Part shown: positions 25,561-37,094 of the stretch, piece by piece
Position numbering within the stretch: the stretch's first letter is position 1
Layout of the letters: every line of letters begins with the position of its first letter
Assembly: GCA_964304625.1 (NCBI GenBank)
Contig: OZ199838.1
Span: 5,111,487 to 5,175,486, forward strand
DNA: 64,000 bases
Direction of reading: 5' to 3'
From: Kudoa neothunni
Lineage: Eukaryota; Animalia; Cnidaria
Notes under the pieces: model-generated
Told to the model about the DNA's origin: nothing
Database searches by the model: none
What the model saw: only the letters and a program-made list of their open reading frames with translations
Made by a program: the position numbers and the translations under genes

Positions 25561-28500
25561 GATTTAAGCCATATAAAAGAGACATTATAAAAAATTCTTC
25601 ACATTCACAGAAGCTGACTCTCTCCCAACTTCCCCAGGTTGTCTGGAATTTATATTTTTAACTAAAGAAGCATGAGGTTCTGTTAGCAATAAGACTATAT
25701 TAAATTATTTTAAAGCTAGATTTTCTTCAACTAACGATCAAGATATAAATAATGAAATTATGATCCATGAACTAACGGAAATTGACTAGATGATTCTAGA
25801 GGAGCACGATAATTTTCTATGGATAGGGAAGATTCAGTTAACTTACAGCATAATGTAGAAAAGGTAAAAGAACCACGATGATGACGATATATCCTAAGAT
25901 TTACCAATCGAAGATATTTTTTCGAAGAAAGTTGTAGAATCAATTCAAAAACTTTAAAGTTTCTTAAAACGTAATGCAATTGATGAGTAAAACTTGGTCA
26001 TAAAGCTGGAAAGTACGCTGTCAAACGTATTATTCAAAAAAATTGAGCCCAACTAAGATAACTGATTATTTCCACAAAAGCGATTCTTAAAGTCTTTTCT
26101 CAACTATTTTTTGATTTATAATAGCAGTTTTTCATTTTCATTATTGATTATAAAAATTGATGAGACAAGATAAAAAACCATTACTATCGTTTCTTGTCGC
26201 TGCAATAATTTAATTCGAAATCACTTAGCTCGAAATTTACAAAAGAATAATTTTTTATTTGATCATGAAGAAAATTTATACATAAAATAAGCAAGATTTT
26301 GAAATAAATGTTAAACGTCAAGTAAAATATAAAAAAATTAAATTTACTCATACCAGTATTAGCATCCATCAAACGGGGTTCCTTATTTTTTAAATTATTT
26401 ATATTAAATAAAACATAAAATGAGATGAATTTTAATGAAAACCCAGTTTAATCACTCCCTCAACTATCTCGATTCTTACGACGCGCTTGCTTCGGAAAAT
26501 AAGAAAAATCCGCAATTATGGATTTTTCGTACTTTTTTGTCAGGCATAATTTTTTATTTGAAAACTCTAGTTATATCGCGTTATTTCTGTAACTCGATCA
26601 TTAATTTTCTCTGTATTTCTTTGTTTTAAAAAATTTTATCTTATAAAGTTAATAATATCAGAAGTAGGTTCTCATAATTATAAAGCCAAGTGAAACGACC
26701 TAAAATCCCACGATTTTTAGATTATATTATTGATTCTTTTTAAAAATCATTAAAATTAAAAGTTTCACAGAGGAGCTACTGACATCCTTCTAGTGGCAAG
26801 CTTATAATAACGAATAGTAAATCCGAAAATAAGTTATTTTGGGATTAAGACTCGGTAATTCGCAGTGAAATTCTATGATATGCTAAGAATTATCATTTAC
26901 TCAATTGAATATTACATCTTAAATTTTTAATCTTCAAATATAAGAAAAAAAATTCTCGGTATATATGTGTTTTCTTTAGAATCGAAACAAACTTGTCTGT
27001 AAAAGCGCAAAAATCATCAATATTAGCCGATGTTAATTTATGTAAATATAATATTTTTATATCGGTCCAAGTGCTTTAAATTTTTAGAGGAATGCCGAAA
27101 TTTATGGATGCTTTGGTTTCATCTATCCAAAACTAGGTTCAAATTGGTCGGATTTGGGGTCCACGCGGACCCCACTTCGGACAGGGAGGGCTAATGGCGA
27201 ATACGCTGAAAAGTATTTTTTCGGTGTTGGTGGGAAAGTTGTATGCCTGATTTGCCGCATAACAATTGTTGCGTTCAACGAGTATAATTCGAAATGTCAT
27301 TTTCGTACAAAACATACTAATTTTTTGAATGAAAATTAGCACAACTAGAAATGCAAAGGAAGGCCAATGATCTGGTTCAAAATTTGAAAAGGCAACAAAA
27401 TATTTTTGGGAAAACGTCATCAATACAAAACAATGCAACGTCGGTTAGCTCTATGCTAGCTTATAAAGTGACAAATCAAAATAATTCGTTTACGGAGGGC
27501 AAGCTTATTAAAGATTGTATTGTCGATGCTATCAATATTGTGTGTCCTGAAGCCAAATCAATAATAGAGATCTTATCAGTTTCACGATGGACAATTGTTT
27601 GTTGTATAGGCACAATTGTATCTAATGTCAAAGGAATCCTTCCAGAAAAATTAAAAATTTTGAACTGTATTCTATTGCAGTAGATGAAAGTACAGACTCG
27701 GCGATATTGTTTAGTTAGTCATTTTCATCAAAGAAATTGATGAATACTTTGAAATTATAGAGGAATTGTTATCTTTAGAGTCACTTAAAAATACAACAAC
27801 TGAAAAAGACTTGCTGAGCCAGCTAATTAGCATTTTATTTAGTGTTGGATTAAATTTGAACAAATTTGCCAGCAAAACATACGATGCTTGCGCTTCCTCG
27901 CTCAGAATAACACTCTCGAGTTATGAAATTACGTAATGGTAAAATCAAAAAAAACATCTAATGCATAATGCAATATCATTTCATAGTATTATACACCAAA
28001 AAAGCCTCTGCAACTCAAAAGCTTCTTCTTGGGTGCATATATATATACTCTAATTTTTTAAATAACGTAATTAAGGAAACTTTTATTCAAAACGAATGAA
28101 TTTAAAATAAAAAATTATTGTCCTATTTGCATTTTAATGTTAGTAAAAAGGCTATTTTTGAATATTGCGGCCTCCTGTCTTAAAATATTATGTCTATGCA
28201 ACCCGCGGATAAAAGTTTTACCACCCCTGATTTACAGAATAGGGAATAATTTTTAGCGATTCGACAGGATACGAATAGGGACGACTATTTCCCTGACCAT
28301 CCAACCTTACTCCCCCTTTTGTTTGAGATTTGCGGATATTTCAAACGTTAACTTTGGGATTTTTAGGATAATATTTCCAACGAAAATTATAACTATAAAA
28401 CTGCGAAAGCGACAAATTCTAATGCTCAAAATCACAGTTAATGTTACATATACCATCTTTTGCCGTGGCATCGCATTTAGGAATAATAATTTGCAAAATT

Positions 28501-28687
28501 CTCATTTCTAATTCTTAGCAAGTCTTAGGAAAACTATAAATTTTCTACCATTGACGAGTAACGAACTCAAAGAGTAAAATAAACATTAAAGTTTTGCGCT
28601 AGAAATTGTAACGCAAGTGATTCATATAAAATGTAATTAATATCGACATAAAATAACACTGTCTATTAGACAAATAGTAACAACCAC

Positions 28688-29076
28688 TCAAACAGATTTG
28701 AAATATTCTTGTAAAAGAGCTTCAATCTCGTCTGTGAGTTTTTTATAATCGTTGGTAAGACCTACAATAAAATCCAACGTGTGAGAGACGACTCAATGGT
28801 ATGAAGACAGTGAGTGACTTACAGTAGACTTTATTGCGAGCCTCTCTGATGGTGTACATATCAAAATGTGGATGGGGGAACTGTTGATCATCAGTCAGCG
28901 GTTTCTTCATCCCAACTCCTAACTATGCATACAATCAAGAAAAATTAGATTGGACGCCAACAGCATACGTCATCAAGCAGTTTAGTGTTTCGTTGAATCT
29001 CCTGGTGTATTTTTTCACGCTCATCCATCTTTTTCAATGCATCATCCCTTATTTCCATTTTATCCCGCATAACCAT
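28688..29076 (-). CDS. PSMD9: 26S proteasome assembly chaperone p27/Nas2, N-terminal domain only (93 aa, 3 exons)
   Basis: Exons 29076-28969, 28922-28823 and 28761-28688 encode MVMRDKMEIRDDALKKMDEREKIHQEIQRNTKLLDDLGVGMKKPLTDDQQFPHPHFDMYTIREARNKVYCLTNDYKKLTDEIEALLQEYFKSV. This matches the Nas2_N pattern GIGMNEPLVD.EGYPR.D.D.YQVR.AR..I.CL.ND. Confidence 0.88.
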
Positions 29077-29971
29077 TGTACAATAATAAGGTAATTGGGA
29101 AGGCACGGTTTTTGTCGATGTTTTACTTATTGTTATGGCGTACGCAGAAGTCCCTTTTTAACAACCTCCCAATTTGAGAAGTATAAAAATTGTCATGGTA
29201 GTTAGAATTACATTTTTAACAAACAGGTGCATTTATCATGCATTACCTCATTATTTGGACTACAAATTCAACCCATATCAATCCAGATTTCACCACATGG
29301 TTAATGTTAGTTCATCCTCAGCATTGATCTGATTGTGAAAATATTTAAACGTATATCGATAGGAAGATATTCATAATTGGATTATGTTGAGTAACCATTG
29401 AGTTGAATAAAAGCAAAACAATTGATTTGAGAATTTTTAAAATTCCGCATGGCGTAATTTTTATTATTTATTCATAAAAAAACATATTTCCCAATGAGTT
29501 TTTTCATAAAAACTATGCATGAATGAAATTTTTTAATCACTCATAGTTTTCGCATCGAAGATGTTGACGGTCGCGCCCAGTAATTTCCAGTCCCGTAAAT
29601 AATCGAGGTAAATTACGAAAATAAACGGCATAAACTACATATAAGATCATTTAAAAATGTGGAGACGCTTATTATAATTTTTTAACACTTTCTATCGTTC
29701 AAAAAAATAACGATTCTACATTTTTCCTGTTTAATTTTTAAAAACTGATTCCTGTTTCAAACTTTAGAAGAAGTTTTGACAGTTAATTTTTCCCCAAGGA
29801 AAAAATAAGTTAATTTAATTGCTTTCCGAACATACAAAACCACTCTTGTTGCTTGAAATATTGTTTATTATTAATATACTAAATGTATAATTGATAGATG
29901 CATACACAATCTCAAATAATAACCACACTGTATTTTTGTTTTGGACTATAATAATCTATCAATATCTACTA

Positions 29972-31529
29972 TCTATACACATAATAAAGTTCTTATGTCT
30001 GTTCGTGTGTGTGTGTGAGTTTGTAGTAGTACGCATGTGCCACGGAGAAATTTTCTTTAAATATAGTTGTAAGTTTGTATTTGAATAGATAAAACCATTA
30101 ACGAACATCAATCATTCATTTGGAAGTATAAATATAGTCAATAACACAGTCCGAAGTCAGGAATTTTCTGGTTGTCTTCACAAATAGAAGATTAAAAACA
30201 CCTGAATAATATTGATATTTGTTTACTTCTGATTGATAGCCAATTAATATGAACTTTTACTCATTATATAGAAAAAGAGTCTCTTAATTATAGTATAGAA
30301 TGTTCTAAACATTTTACATACGCCTGTTCGGAGCACTTTTGAGACAAATAAACCTATTAACGTCACATTTACAAGAGTTGTCATATTTCCCTTAAAATTT
30401 GAAGCATAAACAAGTTATTTGGTATGTATTTTCTCATTTTGAGCGTTATGGATATAGTTAAGCAAAAAAGATTATGATCATTTTAAATAAAACACATAAT
30501 TTGAGATAACAAGTTGTTACCACGTTGAAATAATTCGAGTCTCCATATGTATCCTAATTATTCCTTACCCCAGACCTTGAGGTTAATATTCAAATTAATA
30601 TACTGTTTTCTTTATGCTCGCATTAATTTATTATGATATAAAAGCTGCATAAAAATACAGTCCCTTTTCAATGCGTGCCATGTAAGTTAATAAGAAATTA
30701 TTGGTCCATTCGATCTAACCGATATTTTCACAAAGTTTTCATTAATCTAAGAATAGTTCAGTACGAAGAGATTTTATTAGGGCAGTTAAACAGTACGTTA
30801 ATTTTTAAAAAGGTGCATCCCTCAAGAAAACTAGTTGATGTTTAAGCATTACTGTAATTTTTCAAACCAAAAACACCTTTACATTTTTGATTTAATCGGA
30901 TTTTGTTGATTAAATGTGTATATTTTTGAACCAGTAAGTATTCTTGATAAAAAGCAAGGTTGGCATCATCATAAAATTGCGATAAAAGGAGTAACAATTA
31001 CTATTTATATTTTGGAGGCATCTTAAGTTGATTTTATTTTTTTTATCGTTTGTAGACTAATAATAAATTTTATAATTAGAAGGATTAATTTTTATCGCAA
31101 AATTTTGAAAAAAACTGAAAGTCCTATTTAAGTCTCTTAATGATTTTGTTTCATAAATAGCTGAACTTTAATCGCTAATTACATTTCTCTTAAAATTAAG
31201 GTCACCATAGTTTTGGTCAATAATTTGTAAAATACAGCTAAAATTACCCATTAATTTTTCTCCATACCTCTATCTATATTTGAATGGAAAGTGTGCGCAT
31301 AACTTCGTTTATCTAAATCATCACATTGTAAAAATAATGACAAGCTTTATAATACATAAATTAAAATAGAAAAATAGAATTAAAAGTTAAAATTTTCCAT
31401 CACACTGTACCACGCAAAACTGAGTATTAGCGCTATTTACTTAAAAATCATAAGGGCTTTAGTCTGCGCCAGGTTATAGCCTACTTGGCTGGGCAAGGAA
31501 GTCTTTGCGAAGCGGAGCTTTTGCGCTAG
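29972..31529 (+). mobile_element. Non-autonomous Helitron-like element
   Basis: 5' A|TCTATACACATAATAAAG followed by a (GT)n tract. 3' imperfect hairpin GCGAAGCGGAGCTTTTGC, then CTAG|T. No TSD. Confidence 0.62.
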
Positions 31530-31973
31530 TTGTCAATATAAGTCAAAGTAATCTAATAGAACTTGTTGACAAAAAAAACTTAATTTTAATCTTACTGTGA
31601 ATTTAAAATTTTTTAATGCATAATCACAGGGACCGTAGCAGCCATTCTTCATGAAAAATTAAAAACTCCGTTACTAAATAATATTATTCTCAAAACAAAG
31701 TTATAGAAGTCGACTAAATTATTTTACTGATCATATAGGTCAGAATATTTAAGAATTGCCATAACAACCCTGTTCGTTTCTTTTAACCAGACTTAATTTA
31801 GATCTACATAAAATGAATCCCTACAAATTTTTATGTACACTCAACTGTTATTATCAAACTCAAGAACCCACATTTATGATAACATCAAAATGTTTGTTAC
31901 TAAACTTTGATATGTTTAAAACAATTCTGCGTGTCTCTTATGTTTTCAAATGACAAAGGGGATCCATATACAG

Positions 31974-32903
31974 CAGTGGTGCACAAACTTTTGGAGCCTT
32001 GGGCCAAATTTTAATCTTCGAAAACTTACAGGGGCCAAGAAGTTTAAAACGCAATATTCAATATAATTCATAAATAATAAGTTTACTAAATGTTTTCAAT
32101 GGAATAACGAATGACATAGCAAACAAATAATATCCGTTCCCTGTTGAATAAAAAAATATTTTTCTGTCTAGGCGTCATTAAATTTTCTATTCTCATTATA
32201 AGCATTTTTTTCAAATTTCACTCATCTTAACCTGGAATAAAATAAAAATAAGTTGAATTAAGTATTAGATATATTTTGGGTGAGAAAAATGGTTGTGTGC
32301 ATATATGTGAAGTGCAGACAAATTGCTTCTTAATATGTGCTCATTGTCAGCTCTAACGGATGTTTATCCTTTGCGTCAAAGTTTCTTTTACATTTTATTT
32401 ATTTTTCTTATAGAAATTTTGCTTTTTACGCACAACATAAATCGTACTTTAATTATTAATCTTATTTTAACTGAACTAAAACTTCGGGTCAGCATTGTCA
32501 AACGAGTTTTGAAATCACAAATCCGCCTAGTATCTGTATGACTTTTTCCTCCAAACACATTCAAGAAGATATAATTAAAATTGGTACATGAACTTCGATT
32601 AAAAAACGTTTTTCCTATATCACATGTTGAAGTGGCTAATAGCAATAAATCTTATTGCCTATTTGGAGAGTTTTTCGATGTTTCATTTTTAATGGTTCGC
32701 ATATAATAAAAAACTCGGCTAAATTTGTTTAGTAGCTTCATTAGGCGCTCTCGATATATTCAATCACTACATAAACCAATTGAAAGTTAAATAATCGAAT
32801 GCTTTTTTTATTTCATTTAAAAGTACACCATTAATTTGAATTTAATTAGGGTTCATCTCGGACCACAAAAAAGCTCATTGAGGGCCGGAGTTTGTGCACC
32901 CTG
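31974..32903. mobile_element. Non-autonomous hAT element
   Basis: TIRs CAGTGGTGCACAAACT / AGTTTGTGCACCCTG with GGGCC subterminal motifs. The TSD is degenerate (ATATACAG/TCATACAT). Confidence 0.72.
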
Positions 32904-33081
32904 TCATACATTGATCAACGGTATAATCGTGTTATTGCAAATTTTTATCCCATGAACATATCTTTGACATTCATTTCTTAATTATTTTCAAAATTTTAAA
33001 ACTAACTTGGAATTTCAATTCTAACAAAATCCATACCCTTTGAGGGGGGTAAATCAGCTGGCGCGCGCAACAATAGTTTCG

Positions 33082-33898
33082 ATGTCCTCGAGAAAACTTA
33101 GGTATTCTCCTCTTACCATGCATACACATGCCATTAAATTCATGTAGTACAGTTTATTTTATATCTGCTTCAAATGATAACGATATCAATACAACGTTGG
33201 AATTAATGTTTCAAAAATTGAATTCATTAGTATGCAGTCGAATATCAGAATTTAAAATTGAAATCAATTATTACGATGAAAAATCAGCAGTCTCAGAAAA
33301 TAATGAAAGATACACTCAATCACTAAATTTTATTCATCTTGATGATGTTCTACAATTGAAATGTTGCATATACGACAATAAAATCATTTATTACGATGGT
33401 GATTTGGATGCAATAGTTGGCGATATGGTCACCAAATTTCAGCCCCAAAAGACCATTATCGTATGTAGTTGGACGGATTATTTAAATTTGAAATTGAAAT
33501 TGTTTGCAGGTGCATGGAAACACATATTTTATAGAGAATCGAGACGTTAAAATTGGCCAATTTACAAGCCGCAACGAAAATAAATTGATCTATTTAGAAG
33601 TAAGTTTTGTGAGCACATGTTGCTGAATGACTCACAAATACTCCCATTGTAATCGCCAAATGAAATTCATAGAACTTCGATATAATCCAGCTAATATATT
33701 GGGTCTAATTTGTCTAAATTCTAGGTGAACCAAGATCCTAAAGTAATGTCACAAAATTCTAGGTTCAAAGTTCAAATTGTAGACGAATACATTGAACAAT
33801 TATCGATAAAATTCTCTCTCAACAGGGCCAAACACTATTTTAACTCATACGATCAATATTTTACTCAGCTTGTCAAAGTCATGCATAATGGCAGCTGA
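33082..33898 (+). CDS. 198-aa protein, possible degenerate small-GTPase fold; 4 exons
   Basis: Introns 33102-33147, 33461-33509 and 33600-33724 give a continuous frame MSSRKLSTVYFIS...KTIIVHGNT...LIYLEVNQ...MHNGS*. Confidence 0.65.
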
Positions 33899-34091
33899 AA
33901 AATACATAATTTTTAACTCGAAAAATCCAAAAATATGTTTATAATCATACTAACATTAGAATCAATGTCTTTTAGATTTGTTTTGTGTCTGTGTCGTTTT
34001 TTCAATATAGCGTGGTTTCAAGGGGTTTCGTGCAAAGCAGTGGAATTTAATTCTTAAAATAAGCAGTTATTTTTAGATATTTGAGAAGAAA

Positions 34092-35045
34092 TTACTCGTC
34101 GGCGTTATTGTAGTGTTCTGAATAGTTCATACTCGCACCAAATTTAAACAATACGTTACCAACTAATTTCGAGTAAAATGGTAAACGCAGTTTGGTGGTT
34201 GCTGTTAAGGTATCATTGATAGCCATTATCCATTCTTTTTTATGACTATGATTCATTTGAATTAACTCATCCATTATCTCTATTAACAATGGAATATTCA
34301 GCAATCGGAATTGGAAACAAGGCCACTTTAGTGACAGTGCTGAAAGTTTATTGTTGCCACCATCAATCAAAGCGTTGATACGTCCAAGATGTTCCACTGA
34401 GGTATCAATAGCTGTAACAACAGTCTCAGTCCATGTGGCTATCAAGATTACAAGGCATTTGGCTAGTAACTTTTGTGTTGAATAGGGTTGTTCGTCCAAT
34501 ATGAAATCGAATAGGTTGTTTAGTGTTGTGACTACCAATTCTTTAAGATTATTAAATAGCGTAGTTTGAACGTCAGGTTGTTGCTGATGAACAAACTTGT
34601 TGATAATTTTGAGCGCGTACATTAAAGCATGAGCCCAGCTCTTATCTTCAACTTTTGTTAAACTGAAGCAATTGATCAAAGAGTTGATAGAAGCGAAAAT
34701 TTCAAATAACCAATTCTTTTTCACTCCCAACTCTTCAATTTCCCACCTAGTAAATATCATCCGGTTGCAACAAACGTAAAGATTCGAATAAATTTTCGAT
34801 GGAGATAATGACGAACTGGAATCAGTGTCCTTGCATTCTTCAGGATCTGAGATTATTCTCATGAGGGCTAGTTGATTTTCAATAAGCTCACATTCTTCTA
34901 AGTTATCTGCGTATATCTTATCCATATCTGCTATATAGCTTTTAATAGATTGATCTTTTTGTTTAAATGTGTAAACATTTGCGGCAAGTGATTTTAAATG
35001 AGTGCAACCACACTTTAAATTATCACGTTTATTCATTAATAGCAT
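34092..35045 (-). CDS. Hypothetical helical protein (~317 aa, intronless)
   Basis: Stop-free ORF of about 1 kb in AT-rich DNA. First ATG at 35045. No family recognised. Confidence 0.6.
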   Translation of the reverse strand: MLLMNKRDNLKCGCTHLKSLAANVYTFKQKDQSIKSYIADMDKIYADNLEECELIENQLALMRIISDPEECKDTDSSSSLSPSKIYSNLYVCCNRMIFTRWEIEELGVKKNWLFEIFASINSLINCFSLTKVEDKSWAHALMYALKIINKFVHQQQPDVQTTLFNNLKELVVTTLNNLFDFILDEQPYSTQKLLAKCLVILIATWTETVVTAIDTSVEHLGRINALIDGGNNKLSALSLKWPCFQFRLLNIPLLIEIMDELIQMNHSHKKEWIMAINDTLTATTKLRLPFYSKLVGNVLFKFGASMNYSEHYNNADE

Positions 35046-35275
35046 TCGCGCGCAAAAACCACTCCACCAATATAAAATCACACAACGAGTTATAAAAAAA
35101 TAGATAACAATATTGCATTGTTTATAATTACATTTTATTGTTAATAATACATCTGTGAGTGAATAAAAACAAATAGTTCTCAATTACTCCTATGTGGATA
35201 TTTGTTGTAATTGGATTTTTCTCCATCAATATCTACAGTTTTATAGTTCCTAAATGTATAAATAAGATAAAAATA

Positions 35276-37094
35276 TTATGTGAAGATTATGATGGCTACA
35301 TTTTTAACGCCATATTTTTCAGAGTCATTAGTGATATTTTCAACAGCAATACTATAGTTGCCAGTAGCAACGCTAGAAATAGTTTTACCATCATTGTAAC
35401 GATGGTTCAGAGTAGGTTTTTGGAACCCATTTTTTGGAACTTTGACACTACATTTTGAATACTCATTGGATGTACAATTAAATAATGGTCCTAAATAGAG
35501 CTTTAGACCGATATAAAAAAAACAATGAAATATTACTTATTCGTGTAAAAAAGGATTTCATAGGAGCATCTTTAACAGGAGAGATTTTCGAATTCTTCAA
35601 ATAAAAACTTAACTAACAAGAAGCTTAGGAGTCTTAATTTACATTGTTTCTGGCAGAATAAAGTGTTTCACCATTGACGAGAGTGGTCTTGGATTTATTC
35701 TGGTTTTTAGGGATAACCTCCAAATTCTTATTATTGTTGTTCTTGTTATTTAAATTATTATTATTGTTATTTATAAACGGAGCGCCAAATTGATTTTTGG
35801 ATACTTCCTCGACTGTAAGACAACAACAAGATGGCTCGTCAGCGTTGTCTGTTTTATCCAAATTAGTATTATCACTTTTAGTACCAATAAAAGGATGGTT
35901 CTTGGCAAGCAAGGGATGAATTCTCTTTTTAGGGTCAATAGTTAGCATTTTCTCGAGAAAATCGTAAAAAATTTCGTATTTTTTGGGAGTGCGGTCCAGC
36001 GATTCCAATCGTCTTTGGCAACATTTTTCAAATATATTTTCAAAGCTGCAACTTCTAGGGATACATTTTGTCATCTAATCACAAAAAAATATGCTTGTCA
36101 ATCAATCAACCAACACAAACCAACTAAAAATCAATTTTTCTACCTTGGTTGATATAAGAACAAAGCTGGATTTGTCGAATGAAGCCTCAAAATAACGAAA
36201 AATCATTGGCGAATTCCATATCATTTCTAATGGAGGCATTCCCAATAGATTTACGATATGTACAAGTTGGTCATGCTATTCGGTAAACAGTTATATTAAT
36301 TCTGTGTTGAAGAAAAGTTACCTCATTTTCACCCTCAAATAATGGCACCCCACAATGCAATTCAGCGAGTATGGCAGCCAAGCTCCACATATCAATGCTG
36401 CATTTGTAATTGAGTTGTAGAAGAATCTCTGGAGCTCGGTAGAATCGACTTTGAATGTAGGTGTAGGTGACTTTGCTGTAAACAGACGTAGCACTTCCAA
36501 AATCAATAATTTTCACTTGACAGCTAGTGTCATTGACTAGCATGATATTCTCAGGTTTAAGATCACAATGTATTATTCCAATTTCTCTCAGCTTACTCAA
36601 TCCTTCCAACAATTGTTCTGCTATACTACGCACTATCCGTAACGAGACTCCCTTCGGTGCGGAGCCAGCTATCAACTCATACAAATTAATGTTCATCAAT
36701 GGAAACACCATAAAAATGTAATTTCTGTGACTGAAGTATGTTAACAAACTGACAAACGGACATTTATTATCCGCATTGATTTTGGTCAATTTTTTCAACA
36801 CAATTAACTCATCTTTAGCCATTCGACTGACCCCTTCACTGTTATGCAACACCTTTAGGGCTACATCTTTCTTTTTTACAATATCATATGATCTTATCAC
36901 CTGAATTAGATTTTTCGTCAAATAACAAAATTCAACATTTTCAGACCTACCTTTCCGAACGATCCGGTACCCAGCAGAGATTTCACCTCAAATCGATTCT
37001 GAATTAACTCTCCATTTATTACTGGATATTCTGTCGCAACATCTCCTAACGGTTGTGATTCGTTGAGGAAATTATCATTTTCTGTTTCCTTCAT
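35276..37094 (-). CDS. DYRK-family dual-specificity kinase; multi-exon
   Basis: Motifs LGTGSFGK|V, VALKV, IIHCDLKPENI, DFGSA and YTYIQSRFYRAPE. Introns 36950-36901, about 36320-36275 and others. C-terminal exons extend past the ORF-track stop to 35276. The ATG at 37094 is tentative. Confidence 0.92.

Larger units (their letters stand above)
21995..27190. mobile_element. piggyBac-like TTAA element (outer shell of nest)
   Basis: TTAA-CCTTCTTTGT at the left and ACAGGGAGGG-CTAA at the right. Matching subterminal palindromes TGGGGTCCGTGCAGACCCCA (22036) and TGGGGTCCACGCGGACCCCA (27155). Confidence 0.6.
21586..28229 (+). mobile_element. hAT (Buster/Charlie, GTF2IRD2/EPM2AIP1-like transposase) element interrupted by nested insertions
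   Basis: Left end CAGGGGTGGGCAAA at 21586 and right end TTTTACCACCCCTG at 28229. Transposase remnant at 27195-28010 (EKYFF..GGKVVCLIC..FNEYNSKCHFRTKH, SFTEGKLIKDC, AVDESTD). The flanking 8-mers differ, so pairing of the two ends is not proven. Confidence 0.7.

Noticed and set aside
27154-27339. ORF as a novel zinc-finger gene
   Set aside because: A chimera of a piggyBac-like right end and the hAT transposase N-terminus.
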